DNA from: an uncultured Bacteroidales bacterium | GTDB taxonomy: Bacteria > Bacteroidota > Bacteroidia > Bacteroidales > VadinHA17 | Length of the DNA: 64,000 nucleotides | Direction of reading: 5' to 3' | NCBI GenBank assembly: GCA_963825935.1 | Contig: CAWGUN010000013.1 | Location: 948,340 to 1,012,339 of the forward strand | In this document: piece after piece, positions 9,390-18,590 of the stretch | Layout: every line of letters starts with the position of its first letter | Numbering within the stretch: position 1 is the first letter of the stretch | Translations under genes and position numbers: made by a program | Notes under the pieces: generated by a model | The model's input: the letters and a program-made list of their open reading frames with translations, nothing else | Told to the model about the DNA's origin: nothing | The model's database searches: none

Positions 9390-10526
9390 ATGATTGATTA
9401 CGATATATTACCATCCCCCTGTTATGTGATTGATGAAGAACGATTCAGGAAGAATCTTTCACTCATTAAGCATGTTGCGGATGAATCAGGGATTGAGATT
9501 ATCCTGGCATTCAAAGGATTCGCCATGTGGGGTGTTTTTGATATCCTGAAAGAGTATTTTTCCGGGGCTGCCGCCAGCTCGGTTCACGAAGCCAGGCTCT
9601 GCTTTGAACAAATCGGCTCTCCGGCTCATTCATATTCTCCTGTCTACAGGGAAAATGATTTTGAATCAATACTCGGCTTCAGTTCACATATAACTTTCAA
9701 TTCCCTTGGTCAGTACTCGAAATATTCCGGTCGGCTCAAAAAATATGACAGGAAGATCTCTGCCGGATTAAGGATCAATCCTGAATTCTCTGAGGTAAGT
9801 CACACTATTTATAATCCTTCTTCACCGGGATCAAGACTGGGTGTTACTGCTGATGATCTGAAAGCCGGCTTGCCGGAAGGTGTTGAAGGACTCCATTTCC
9901 ATGTTCTCTTTGAATCTGATTCTTATGCACTGGAAAAGGTGCTTCAGGTAGTTGAGACCAAATTCGGAAGATTCTTTACGGGACTCAAATGGATCAATAT
10001 GGGAGGAGGACATCTGATAACCAGGAAAGGGTATGATACTAACCACCTGGTTAGGATACTGAAAGAGTTTAAGAAGAGAACAGGATTGCATATTATTCTG
10101 GAACCAGGTAGTGCCTTTGCCTGGGAAACCGGTGAACTGACAGCTACTGTTGAAGATATTGTTGTAAATCAGGGTATTAAAACTGCAATACTTGATGTCT
10201 CATTTACCGCACATATGCCCGACTGCCTCGAAATGCCCTATATGCCAAAAATCATGGGAGCAACCGGTCCTGTTGAAGGGAAACCAACTTACAGGATGGG
10301 TGGCAATTCCTGCCTTTCCGGAGATTTTATGGGTGACTGGTCATTTGAAAAGGAGCTTAAACCCGGTGACAGAATTGTCTTTATGGATATGATCCACTAC
10401 ACGATGGTTAAGACAACCACTTTTAACGGTGTGCAGCATCCGTCTATCGGAATCTGGACGAAGGAAGGGGAATTTCGGTTATTAAAGGAATTCGGTTATA
10501 ACGATTATAAAAACCGCCTGTCATAA
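9390..10526 (+). CDS. nspC: Carboxy(nor)spermidine decarboxylase (PLP fold-type III)
   Basis: MIDYDILPSPCYVIDEE start, with INMGGGH and ILEPGSA motifs. The ORF-track start at 9336 only adds a translation of the GC-rich palindrome. Confidence 0.85.
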   Translation: MIDYDILPSPCYVIDEERFRKNLSLIKHVADESGIEIILAFKGFAMWGVFDILKEYFSGAAASSVHEARLCFEQIGSPAHSYSPVYRENDFESILGFSSHITFNSLGQYSKYSGRLKKYDRKISAGLRINPEFSEVSHTIYNPSSPGSRLGVTADDLKAGLPEGVEGLHFHVLFESDSYALEKVLQVVETKFGRFFTGLKWINMGGGHLITRKGYDTNHLVRILKEFKKRTGLHIILEPGSAFAWETGELTATVEDIVVNQGIKTAILDVSFTAHMPDCLEMPYMPKIMGATGPVEGKPTYRMGGNSCLSGDFMGDWSFEKELKPGDRIVFMDMIHYTMVKTTTFNGVQHPSIGIWTKEGEFRLLKEFGYNDYKNRLS

Positions 10527-10528
10527 TA

Positions 10529-10560
10529 CCGGTCACCGGACGCCGGACGCCGGTCGCCCG
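10529..10560. repeat. Heptanucleotide tandem array (CCGGWCR), about 4.5 units
   Basis: ccggtca ccggacg ccggacg ccggtcg cccg. It fills the gap between two convergent stop codons. Confidence 0.85.
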
Positions 10561-10564
10561 ATTC

Positions 10565-11269
10565 CTATTTCTTCCTGTTTATCGTAATATCTGTTACTAC
10601 CAGCTTATCCTTCATAAGAACAGCATTCACGATTTTTTCCGCAACCTCTTTAGTATCCATAAATCCGGAAATATCCCGGTCCTGTCCCTGTATCTTCCAG
10701 AAATCGGTCTTCATCCCGCCGGGATAAACAGCGATTATGTTGCGTTTTGTACCTTTTAATTCTGTCCTGAGAGCTTCTGTATAACCCCTGGCTCCCCATT
10801 TAGCAGCACAATAAATTGTCTCCTTGTCTCTTCCGTACAAGGCTGATGTCGACATTATGTTGACTATTGTAAGCTCTTCTTTTTCAGGAGTGATTCTGAG
10901 GATTTCGGATGTCAGAAGTATCATTCCCTTCAGGTTGGCTTCAAAAACATCTTCAATCATTTCTGAGGTTGATGTATCTGCCGGTGCAGTAAGCCCCCTT
11001 CCTGCATTATTAAAAAGATATTCGGTTATAATCTTATGATCATGCAGAAATTTGCCGGTTTTCCTTACATCCTCTTCATTCCCGATATTACAGACTGAGG
11101 TACTCACATGAGCGGTTCCGGATATTCTGCTTAGTCTTCTTGCTGCCTTTGTCAGCTTTTCACTGTCACGTCCGAGAATGAGTACATCTTTTCCCGATTT
11201 TACAAGGATTTCAGCAATTGACAGACCCAGTCCTCCTGATCCTCCGCTTATAACAGATACCTTTCTCAT
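10565..11269 (-). CDS. SDR family oxidoreductase
   Basis: VISGGSGGLGLSIA dinucleotide-binding motif and YCAAKWG (YxxxK) catalytic motif. Confidence 0.8.
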   Translation of the reverse strand: MRKVSVISGGSGGLGLSIAEILVKSGKDVLILGRDSEKLTKAARRLSRISGTAHVSTSVCNIGNEEDVRKTGKFLHDHKIITEYLFNNAGRGLTAPADTSTSEMIEDVFEANLKGMILLTSEILRITPEKEELTIVNIMSTSALYGRDKETIYCAAKWGARGYTEALRTELKGTKRNIIAVYPGGMKTDFWKIQGQDRDISGFMDTKEVAEKIVNAVLMKDKLVVTDITINRKK

Positions 11270-11281
11270 AGATATTTTTTA

Positions 11282-11289
11282 CAAAGATA
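11282..11289 (-). promoter_or_regulatory. Candidate Bacteroidota -7 promoter box (TATCTTTG) for the SDR gene
   Basis: Matches TAnnTTTG on the minus strand, 13 nt upstream of the ATG at 11269. Confidence 0.4.
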
Positions 11290-11320
11290 TCCAATATTCA
11301 TGACCATTAATATATCACCC

Positions 11321-11393
11321 GCCGAAACCGCCGTACCGTCGTACCTCGTACCATCGTACCGTCACGAACCGCCGTACCGTCTTACCGTCGTAC
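11321..11393. repeat. Octanucleotide tandem array (CGYCGTAC, the complement of the 9243 unit), about 9 units
   Basis: gccgaaac cgccgtac cgtcgtac ctcgtac catcgtac cgtcacgaac cgccgtac cgtcttac cgtcgtac. It starts 5 nt after the mnmA stop. Confidence 0.9.
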
Positions 11394-11398
11394 CCTCC

Positions 11399-12598
11399 TC
11401 ATTTATTTATCACCCCTGAACCCATCACCTCATCCCCCTCATACCATGCTGCAAACTGGCCAGGTGCAACGCCTCTCTGTAATTTATTGAAAATGATATA
11501 TATACCTTTTTTCCTTCTGTACAGAATAGCCTTTTGCAGTGGCTGACGATACCTTATTCTTACCATATATTCACGGCTTTCTCCTTCTTCCATGGCAATG
11601 TCAGTTCTTATCCAGTGTATCTCATCGTTCCTGATAAATAATCCTTTTCTGTACAAGCCGGGATGTGACTGACCCTCTCCGACATAAAGAATATTTTTTT
11701 CGACATCAATACCGATGACAAACAGGGGATCTTTGTAACCTCCGACATTTATTCCTTTCCTCTGACCAATAGTGAAGAAGTGTGCTCCGCTATGGGTACC
11801 GATAATTTTTCCGGAGGAAGTATCGTAATCGTGCGGGCTTACAGCCTGTTCCAGTTCATTATCTGTAATATTTTCACGAAGAAACCCTGTATTCCAGGTC
11901 CGGAATTCATTTATCAGCGGAATTTCCACAATCTGCCCCTTTTTTGCTTCAAGCTTTTGCTGCAAAAATGTAGGCAGGTGAACTTTCCCGACAAAGCATA
12001 TTCCCTGCGAATCTTTCCGGTGTGCTGTTGCGAGACCAAGCCTGTCAGCAATCTTGCGGACTTCCGGCTTTGTAAGATCACCGATGGGAAAAAGTGCATA
12101 GGCTAGCTGTTCCTGGCTCACCTGACAAAGGAAATAGCTCTGATCCTTATTTTCATCCTTGCCTGCAAGAAGCCTGTAAACAAGTGTATTATTAACATTT
12201 ATTATTTCTTTCCGGCAATAATGGCCTGTTGCAACAAAATCACCTCCCAGTTTCTTTGCTTCGTCAGCGAAAGAATCAAACTTTATCTCCCTGTTGCACA
12301 GCACATCAGGGTTGGGAGTGCGCCCTTTCTCATACTCAGCAAACATATAATCAACAACCCTTTGCCTGTAAGGACCGCTTAGATCCACCATGTGAAAGGG
12401 AATTTCCAGTTTTCTCGCAACCATCTCTGCAAACATCAGGTCATCTTCCCAGTGACAATCGCTCTGAAGCAGACCGGTTGTGTCGTGCCAGTTCCTCATG
12501 AACAGACCGATGACTTCGAATCCCTGTTCTTTAAGCACCCATGCTGCTACGCTGGAGTCGACACCACCTGACAGACCGACTACTACCCGTTTTTTCAT
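11399..12598 (-). CDS. mnmA: tRNA 2-thiouridine(34) synthase
   Basis: PP-loop motif VVVGLSGGVDSSVAA, with MnmA-like length and central and C-terminal domains. Confidence 0.9.
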   Translation of the reverse strand: MKKRVVVGLSGGVDSSVAAWVLKEQGFEVIGLFMRNWHDTTGLLQSDCHWEDDLMFAEMVARKLEIPFHMVDLSGPYRQRVVDYMFAEYEKGRTPNPDVLCNREIKFDSFADEAKKLGGDFVATGHYCRKEIINVNNTLVYRLLAGKDENKDQSYFLCQVSQEQLAYALFPIGDLTKPEVRKIADRLGLATAHRKDSQGICFVGKVHLPTFLQQKLEAKKGQIVEIPLINEFRTWNTGFLRENITDNELEQAVSPHDYDTSSGKIIGTHSGAHFFTIGQRKGINVGGYKDPLFVIGIDVEKNILYVGEGQSHPGLYRKGLFIRNDEIHWIRTDIAMEEGESREYMVRIRYRQPLQKAILYRRKKGIYIIFNKLQRGVAPGQFAAWYEGDEVMGSGVINK

Positions 12599-12647
12599 GG
12601 TGCAAAGTTAATAAAAAGAGTGGGAGAAAAATAAGTACCTTTATACC

Positions 12648-15600
12648 GTGGGACAGGGTACACTGACAATATATGGTGCATCGGCAGGATCCGGCAAAAC
12701 ATTTAAGCTTGCCGGTATTTATCTTTCCCTGCTTTTCAGTTCAAGGTATAATTACAGGAAAATACTTGCTGTGACATTTACAAATAAAGCCACAGCTGAA
12801 ATGAAAAACAGAATACTTGATCAGCTTTATTGTATTTCATCCGGAGATAAATCCGAATACCTTCCGGACCTGATAAAGGAGACAGGAAAGACCGAAAATG
12901 TACTCAGGAAAGAAGCAGGGGAGATCCTGTTTGCAATTCTTCACGATTTTTCAAGGTTCTCCGTATGTACTATTGATGCATTTTTTCAGAAGGTAATACG
13001 TGCATTTGCCCGGGAGTTAAATCTTCATTCCGGTTTCAGCATTGAGCTGGATCACAGTGTAATACTTTCGGATGCAGTTGATGGGATGCTTGCCGATTCT
13101 GCACGGGAACCGGAGCTTGGCAAATGGCTCAATGAATATGTAATGTCAAATCTTGATGACGAGAAAAGCTGGAACCTGAAAGGAGAGATCATGAAACTCT
13201 CTGAGGAGCTCTTCAAAGAAAAATTCAAAATCCTTTCAGCTGATGAACAGCTGAAGCTCGGAAATAAAGAGTTTCTTCTTAAGTATATAAGCAATTTACG
13301 GACTCTTACTGCATCATTCAGAAATAAGCTGACTGAACTTGGCAAAAAATGCGAAAAGATCTCTTCTGATCATGGTCTGACCGACGATATGTTTTTTCAG
13401 AAGAGTAAAGGTGTCCCGGGTTTTATAAGGAATCTTGCCCTGGGGAGAATGCCGGAACCAAAAAGTTATGTCCGCGAAATATTAAAAGATCCGCCAAAAT
13501 GGAGCACGGGCGTTACCCTGTCAGCAGCTCCGCGATGCAATATCCGGCGGGCTGGATGAGACCGTGAAGGAAGCAATCAGGTTTTGGGACAACAATATAA
13601 TTTTATATAATAGTGCAAATGCTATTCTCCCCAATATTTACGCACTTGGTATCCTGTCGGACGTGTTGATGAAGATCCGTAAAATTACTGCGTCTGAAAA
13701 CAGTTTTCTCATAACCGATGCGGGCGAGCTTCTTAGCCTTATAACAAAAGATGATCAGGCTCCTTTTATTTATGAGAAGATTGGGAACAGGTACGAGAAT
13801 TATATGATCGATGAATTCCAGGACACTTCACAATTGCAATGGGAAAATTTTGAACCACTGATTGATGAGAGCATGGGAGGAGGACATGATAACCTTGTGG
13901 TAGGTGATGTAAAACAGTCAATTTACAGGTTCAGGAACAGTGACTGGCAAATTCTTGGAAGGATGCAGAATGAGCTTGTTGACAATGTCAGATTTCTCAG
14001 TGAGCCTTTAAAGACAAACTTCAGAAGCCGTACAGATATTATCAGGTTTAATAACTCATTGTTCTCAATAATTCCCGAACAGATTGACAAGCGTTTTTCA
14101 GAGAACCCTCTCCCGCTGAAATTTACAAGACTATATGCCGAGGCTGTACAGAAGGATCCGGGAAGGAAGGAGGGCGGATATGTAAGACTGGAGTTTATTG
14201 ACGATGAAAAGAAAGAAGAAGATCAAAATATAATTGACCAATTCACGGGAATAGAAACCAAACCAGAAAAAAAATGGAGAGATATTGTCCTTGAAAAGCT
14301 TCCAGCTGTGATCGAGACTTTTCAGGATAAGGGTTACAAAGCTTCTGATATTGGAATCCTTGTAAGAGAAGGCAGGGAAGGTGCGGATGTTCTGAATAGA
14401 ATGATAAGTTACAGTAACGGATGTTCAGCTGAAAGAAAAAGAAAATACAATTATAATATAGTTTCAAATGATTCACTGGCGCTTTCAAACTCACCTGCAA
14501 TCAATTTTATCATTTCTGTATTATTAGTTCTGAATGATCCTTCAGATATGATCAGCCGTGCCCGGATGCTTCGGTTTTTCCTTATGGCTAAAGGGAATGA
14601 GAATGCACAGGATGTTCCATTGTTCAGCGAAACGCTTATCGGGGATAAGAATGGATATTTCCCGGATGGTTATAAAGAGTTTCTGAAGAAAACTTCACAG
14701 ATGCCTCTTTTTGAAGCGGTGGAAAATATTATTAGCTTTTTTGGCCTTGGCAGTTATGCCTGGAATGTCTCATATTTTAATACATTCCAGGATTTGGTTT
14801 TAAACTTTACAGGAAGTAAAAACACTGATCTTCAATCATTTCTCGAATGGTGGGAGACAACGGGAAAATCAAAATCCGTAATTCTTCCTGCAAATAAAGA
14901 TGCTGCCAAGGTTATTACAATTCACAAATCAAAAGGACTTGAATTTAAAATTGTTATTATTCCATTCATATCATGGAATTTAGATCATAAAAATCAGCAT
15001 CATCCCATACTCTGGATAAGGCCTGAAACTCCTCCTTTTAATACCCTTGGAGTAGTTCCTGTCAGGTATCAGAAGGACCTTGAAAAAACAATTTTCGCCG
15101 ATGCATATTTGCAGGAAAAGTATTCTTCTCACCTCGATAATTTAAACCTTCTTTATGTTGCAATGACGAGGGCTGTAGATGCGATATGGGGATTTTTACC
15201 AGCGACTCCCGGTAAAAACGGCGAAATAGCCCGGGCCGTAAAAGATGCTGTTACGGCGGAGGAGAAACCTGCCGGTGAATCAGGAATAATTCTGGCCGGT
15301 TGTTATAACAAAGAAAATAACGTATTTGAACTAGGCACGATACCAGGTCAAAAAATCAGGATTTCTGAAGATAAAAAAATACCCTCACTGAGTTACCTCG
15401 TCAGTAGAAAGCCGGAATCGCTTAAACTTAAGCTCCACGGAGAAAACTATTTTCTGGAGGAAAGGGAAGCAGTCAGGAAGAAGATCAACTATGGAAAGCT
15501 TATGCATGAAGTGTTTGAGGATATAAATACGAGGGAGGATATTCCTGCTGCAGTGAAGCGTCTTGTACTTGAAGGAAAGATTGAAGAATCTGAATCTACC

Positions 15601-15900
15601 TCCCTGATAAACAGGCTTGATTCGCTTGTTTCCATTAAACCCGTGTCTGACTGGTTCAGACCGGGCAATAATGTCTTAAAAGAGTCCGAAATACTATTGC
15701 CATCGGGTGTAACAAGGCGGCCTGACAGGGTCATAATTAATGACGGAAAAGCAGTGATAATCGATTTTAAATTTGGTGAAGAGAATAAACATTATGCAGA
15801 TCAGATCAGGCAATACAGGAGACTGTTGAGTGAAATGGGCTACAATGAGATTGAGGCATTTCTCTGGTACGTCGATAGAAACAAAATTATCACAGCCTGA
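12648..15900 (+). pseudogene. AddA/RecB-like UvrD-family helicase with C-terminal PD-(D/E)XK nuclease, split by a +1 frame break near 13515-13525
   Basis: Walker A ASAGSGKT, DEFQDTS, VGDVKQSIYRFRNSD, TIHKSKGLEF and nuclease motif RPDRVIINDGKAVIIDFKFG. ORF 12648-13559 and ORF 13564-15900 are contiguous in sequence logic: ..KWSTGVTL in frame 0 continues as QQLRDAISGGLDETVKEAIRF in frame +1. Confidence 0.8.
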
Positions 15901-16868
15901 TGGCGTCAGATCGGTCATACCATTATAAATATCCCTGGGGACATAACCGCAGGTTTAATGCCTATTCGAACTATTTCAGGAATCTTTTTGGTGCAAGAGT
16001 GCAGAAAGTTTCGGTTGATGCCGGTTTTACCTGTCCCAACCGCGATGGTACAAAGGGTACCGGAGGATGTACTTACTGCAATAATGATGCTTTCAATCCC
16101 TCATATTGTCTTCCTGAAAAGTCTGTCACGCAGCAAATTGAGGAAGGGATAAAATTCCATAAATGGAGATACCGGGGATCAGACTCTTACCTGGCTTATT
16201 TTCAGGCATTTTCCAATACCTATGCTCCGGTTGAAACCTTGAAAAAGCTTTACGGGGAGGCTTTGAAATACCCCGGAGTTATCGGACTGATCATAGGAAC
16301 AAGACCTGATTGCATTGATAATGAAAAGCTTGAGTATCTTAAAAAACTATCGGCCCGATGCTATATAGCTGTAGAATATGGGATTGAGTCATGTTATAAT
16401 AAAACACTTGAGAGAATAAACAGGGGACATACATTTGAAGAAGCGGAAAATGCTTTAAGGATGACATCCGCGCTTGGCATTAATTCAGGTGCACACTTCA
16501 TATTTGGTTTGCCGGGTGAATCCCGTGATGAGATGCTTGCTGAAGCTGGAATTATCTCCCGGTTACCTCTTAAAACTGTTAAATTTCATCAGCTTCAGAT
16601 AATAAAAGGTACTGCCATGGAAATTCAATACAGTAATAATCCTGGTGATTTTCAGCTTTTTACATGGGAAGAGTACCTCGATTTTTTTATCAGTTTCCTT
16701 GAAAGACTAAGTCCGGAACTGATCGTTGAACGATTTACAGGTGAAGCTCCGCCACGATTCCTGACAGGCGAGGGCTGGGGCAAGAAGAGAGCCGACCAGA
16801 TAGTAAATCTTATTGAAAAGCGTCTTGAAGAGCTTGATACATGGCAGGGGAGGCTCTATAATTCCTGA
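15900..16868 (+). CDS. TIGR01212-type (YhcC-like) radical SAM protein
   Basis: FTCPNRDGTKGTGGCTYCN cluster motif. The ATG overlaps the upstream TGA by 1 nt. Confidence 0.8.
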   Translation: MASDRSYHYKYPWGHNRRFNAYSNYFRNLFGARVQKVSVDAGFTCPNRDGTKGTGGCTYCNNDAFNPSYCLPEKSVTQQIEEGIKFHKWRYRGSDSYLAYFQAFSNTYAPVETLKKLYGEALKYPGVIGLIIGTRPDCIDNEKLEYLKKLSARCYIAVEYGIESCYNKTLERINRGHTFEEAENALRMTSALGINSGAHFIFGLPGESRDEMLAEAGIISRLPLKTVKFHQLQIIKGTAMEIQYSNNPGDFQLFTWEEYLDFFISFLERLSPELIVERFTGEAPPRFLTGEGWGKKRADQIVNLIEKRLEELDTWQGRLYNS

Positions 16869-18475
16869 ATCATAAGTTTCACCGTTTCGCCCGCCCTGAT
16901 CCTGACAGGCAATCCATTCATCACGTCATTCCCATTTATTATCTTTTCTTTTTTAGAACCTGAGACCACCATGTAACTTTTTTCTTTCTCCACTGTAAAA
17001 TATTCAGGGAACTGGTTAATTCTTGGCCAGTCGAATGGCAGGTGCATATATTCGGAATGGCGCTTTTTATCAAGCATCAGGAGTCCCTTCCAGTCTGAAT
17101 CTGAAGATATAGAAAGAAAAAGCATATTATCTTTAAGTACCCCCCCGATATGGAGGTCCTGTGACCATGGAGTCAGATATGCTCCGCCAGTTTTCCACAG
17201 GCAGTACATAATTGTTGTCCTCGCAAAGTTACCATCGCCATGCCACCCTTCGATTATACCGGATGGCTGCTGTTTGCTCCACATAACTTTAATCTCACTG
17301 TCGATCCACTCTTTTGCTGAAGGAACAGGTTCGCGTGCATAAAGGTTTAGTGTGCCTTCTATAGCGTCAGCGTAACCATCCTGGCTGGTACCTTCCCAGG
17401 CAAAGTTCCTGTATTTTGAGTTCAGGATACTGAGAGCAGTAATTACAGGTTCTCTGTATTTTTCAATTTTATCAATCAGGTAAACAGTATAAAAGCCATT
17501 CAGGGTATACCCGAAATTGTCTGCAATTGCACTGTCTACGGGAATACCCTTTACCGGATTTATTGAATTATAAAAGAGGCCGTCATTATTTCGCCCGACT
17601 GCAATTATCCGGTCAAGCATAGCATAAAGAGGAGCACTGTACAACTCTTTTTTTGAAGGATCAGCATATGAAACTGTCGCATAAAGCTCACATAGTCCTG
17701 AAACGATCTCACAACCATGATCTCTCAGGCGGAGAACTTTAAAATCTTTTGTCGGGTGATTATTTCCAAGAAGGTAGTAATCGCCAAGTCTCTCTGCCCA
17801 CTCAAGGTATTTTTTTTCACCGGTTGTCCAGTAAATTCTTGAAAGGGATTGTAACATGTCACCATTAACCTCCGGATTGTCAGAACATATTTTCCCGTAA
17901 GGAGTCTCCAGAGGAGCATATTTCCAGATGTCGTCAAGAATGCCGATCAGCCGCTCTGACCAGGGACTAGGTCCAAGCCACTCTGTAAGGGGAATCAGAC
18001 CATCCTTTATGTATTCAGCAGAGCCGAAGATTATATCAGAAAGAATCGTATCACTGACAGCAAATCCTTTTTTTGAGAAGGAATAAGTGTCGGGCATTCT
18101 GCCAATCCTTGATGTCAGCCTTTTCTCTGTTTCAAGCATCTCTTTCATTTTCCCGTTGAACAAATCATGATCAAGGAGCGCAGATGTCAAAACCATAAAC
18201 GGATAATTATCTGCTGCACAATCTTTTGCATTCCAGATATCTTTGCTCTCGGCATCATTTATGTTCCTGGGAATGAGACCTGTCAGTGGATCGGCCAGTT
18301 TTAACCAGCCATCAAGGTATTTAAGGCAACGGTCATAACCTTCATTTACAAGTACACTATTCTCTGCGGCTTGTTTAAATATCTCCTCCTGTTCCACAGA
18401 ATATTTTCTTTCTGAACAGCTGTATAATAAAAATATCGCTACTGTCAGGATCGAAATAATTTTAATTTTTTTCAT
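16856..18475 (-). CDS. Hypothetical lipoprotein, possibly with an (alpha/alpha)6-barrel-like fold
   Basis: MKKIKIISILTVAIFLLYSC lipobox. There is no catalytic motif I can name. The 3' end overlaps the convergent radical SAM gene by 13 nt. Confidence 0.5.
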   Translation of the reverse strand: MKKIKIISILTVAIFLLYSCSERKYSVEQEEIFKQAAENSVLVNEGYDRCLKYLDGWLKLADPLTGLIPRNINDAESKDIWNAKDCAADNYPFMVLTSALLDHDLFNGKMKEMLETEKRLTSRIGRMPDTYSFSKKGFAVSDTILSDIIFGSAEYIKDGLIPLTEWLGPSPWSERLIGILDDIWKYAPLETPYGKICSDNPEVNGDMLQSLSRIYWTTGEKKYLEWAERLGDYYLLGNNHPTKDFKVLRLRDHGCEIVSGLCELYATVSYADPSKKELYSAPLYAMLDRIIAVGRNNDGLFYNSINPVKGIPVDSAIADNFGYTLNGFYTVYLIDKIEKYREPVITALSILNSKYRNFAWEGTSQDGYADAIEGTLNLYAREPVPSAKEWIDSEIKVMWSKQQPSGIIEGWHGDGNFARTTIMYCLWKTGGAYLTPWSQDLHIGGVLKDNMLFLSISSDSDWKGLLMLDKKRHSEYMHLPFDWPRINQFPEYFTVEKEKSYMVVSGSKKEKIINGNDVMNGLPVRIRAGETVKLMIQEL

Positions 18476-18539
18476 AAAAAACTGATTTAAGTCGTTAAAC
18501 AAATATATTCACTTTGTGAGTACGGAGCACCATTTTAAC

Positions 18540-18547
18540 TAAATTTG
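18540..18547 (+). promoter_or_regulatory. Candidate -7 promoter box (TAAATTTG) for the AddB-like gene
   Basis: Matches TAnnTTTG, 44 nt upstream of the ATG at 18591. The octamer array lies between the box and the ATG. Confidence 0.4.
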
Positions 18548-18554
18548 AAACAAT

Positions 18555-18584
18555 AAGATTGCAAGACTGCAAGACCGCAAGACC
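18555..18584. repeat. Octanucleotide tandem array (AAGAYYGC), about 3.75 units
   Basis: aagattgc aagactgc aagaccgc aagacc, ending 6 nt before the ATG at 18591. Confidence 0.85.
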
Positions 18585-18590
18585 ATTTCT

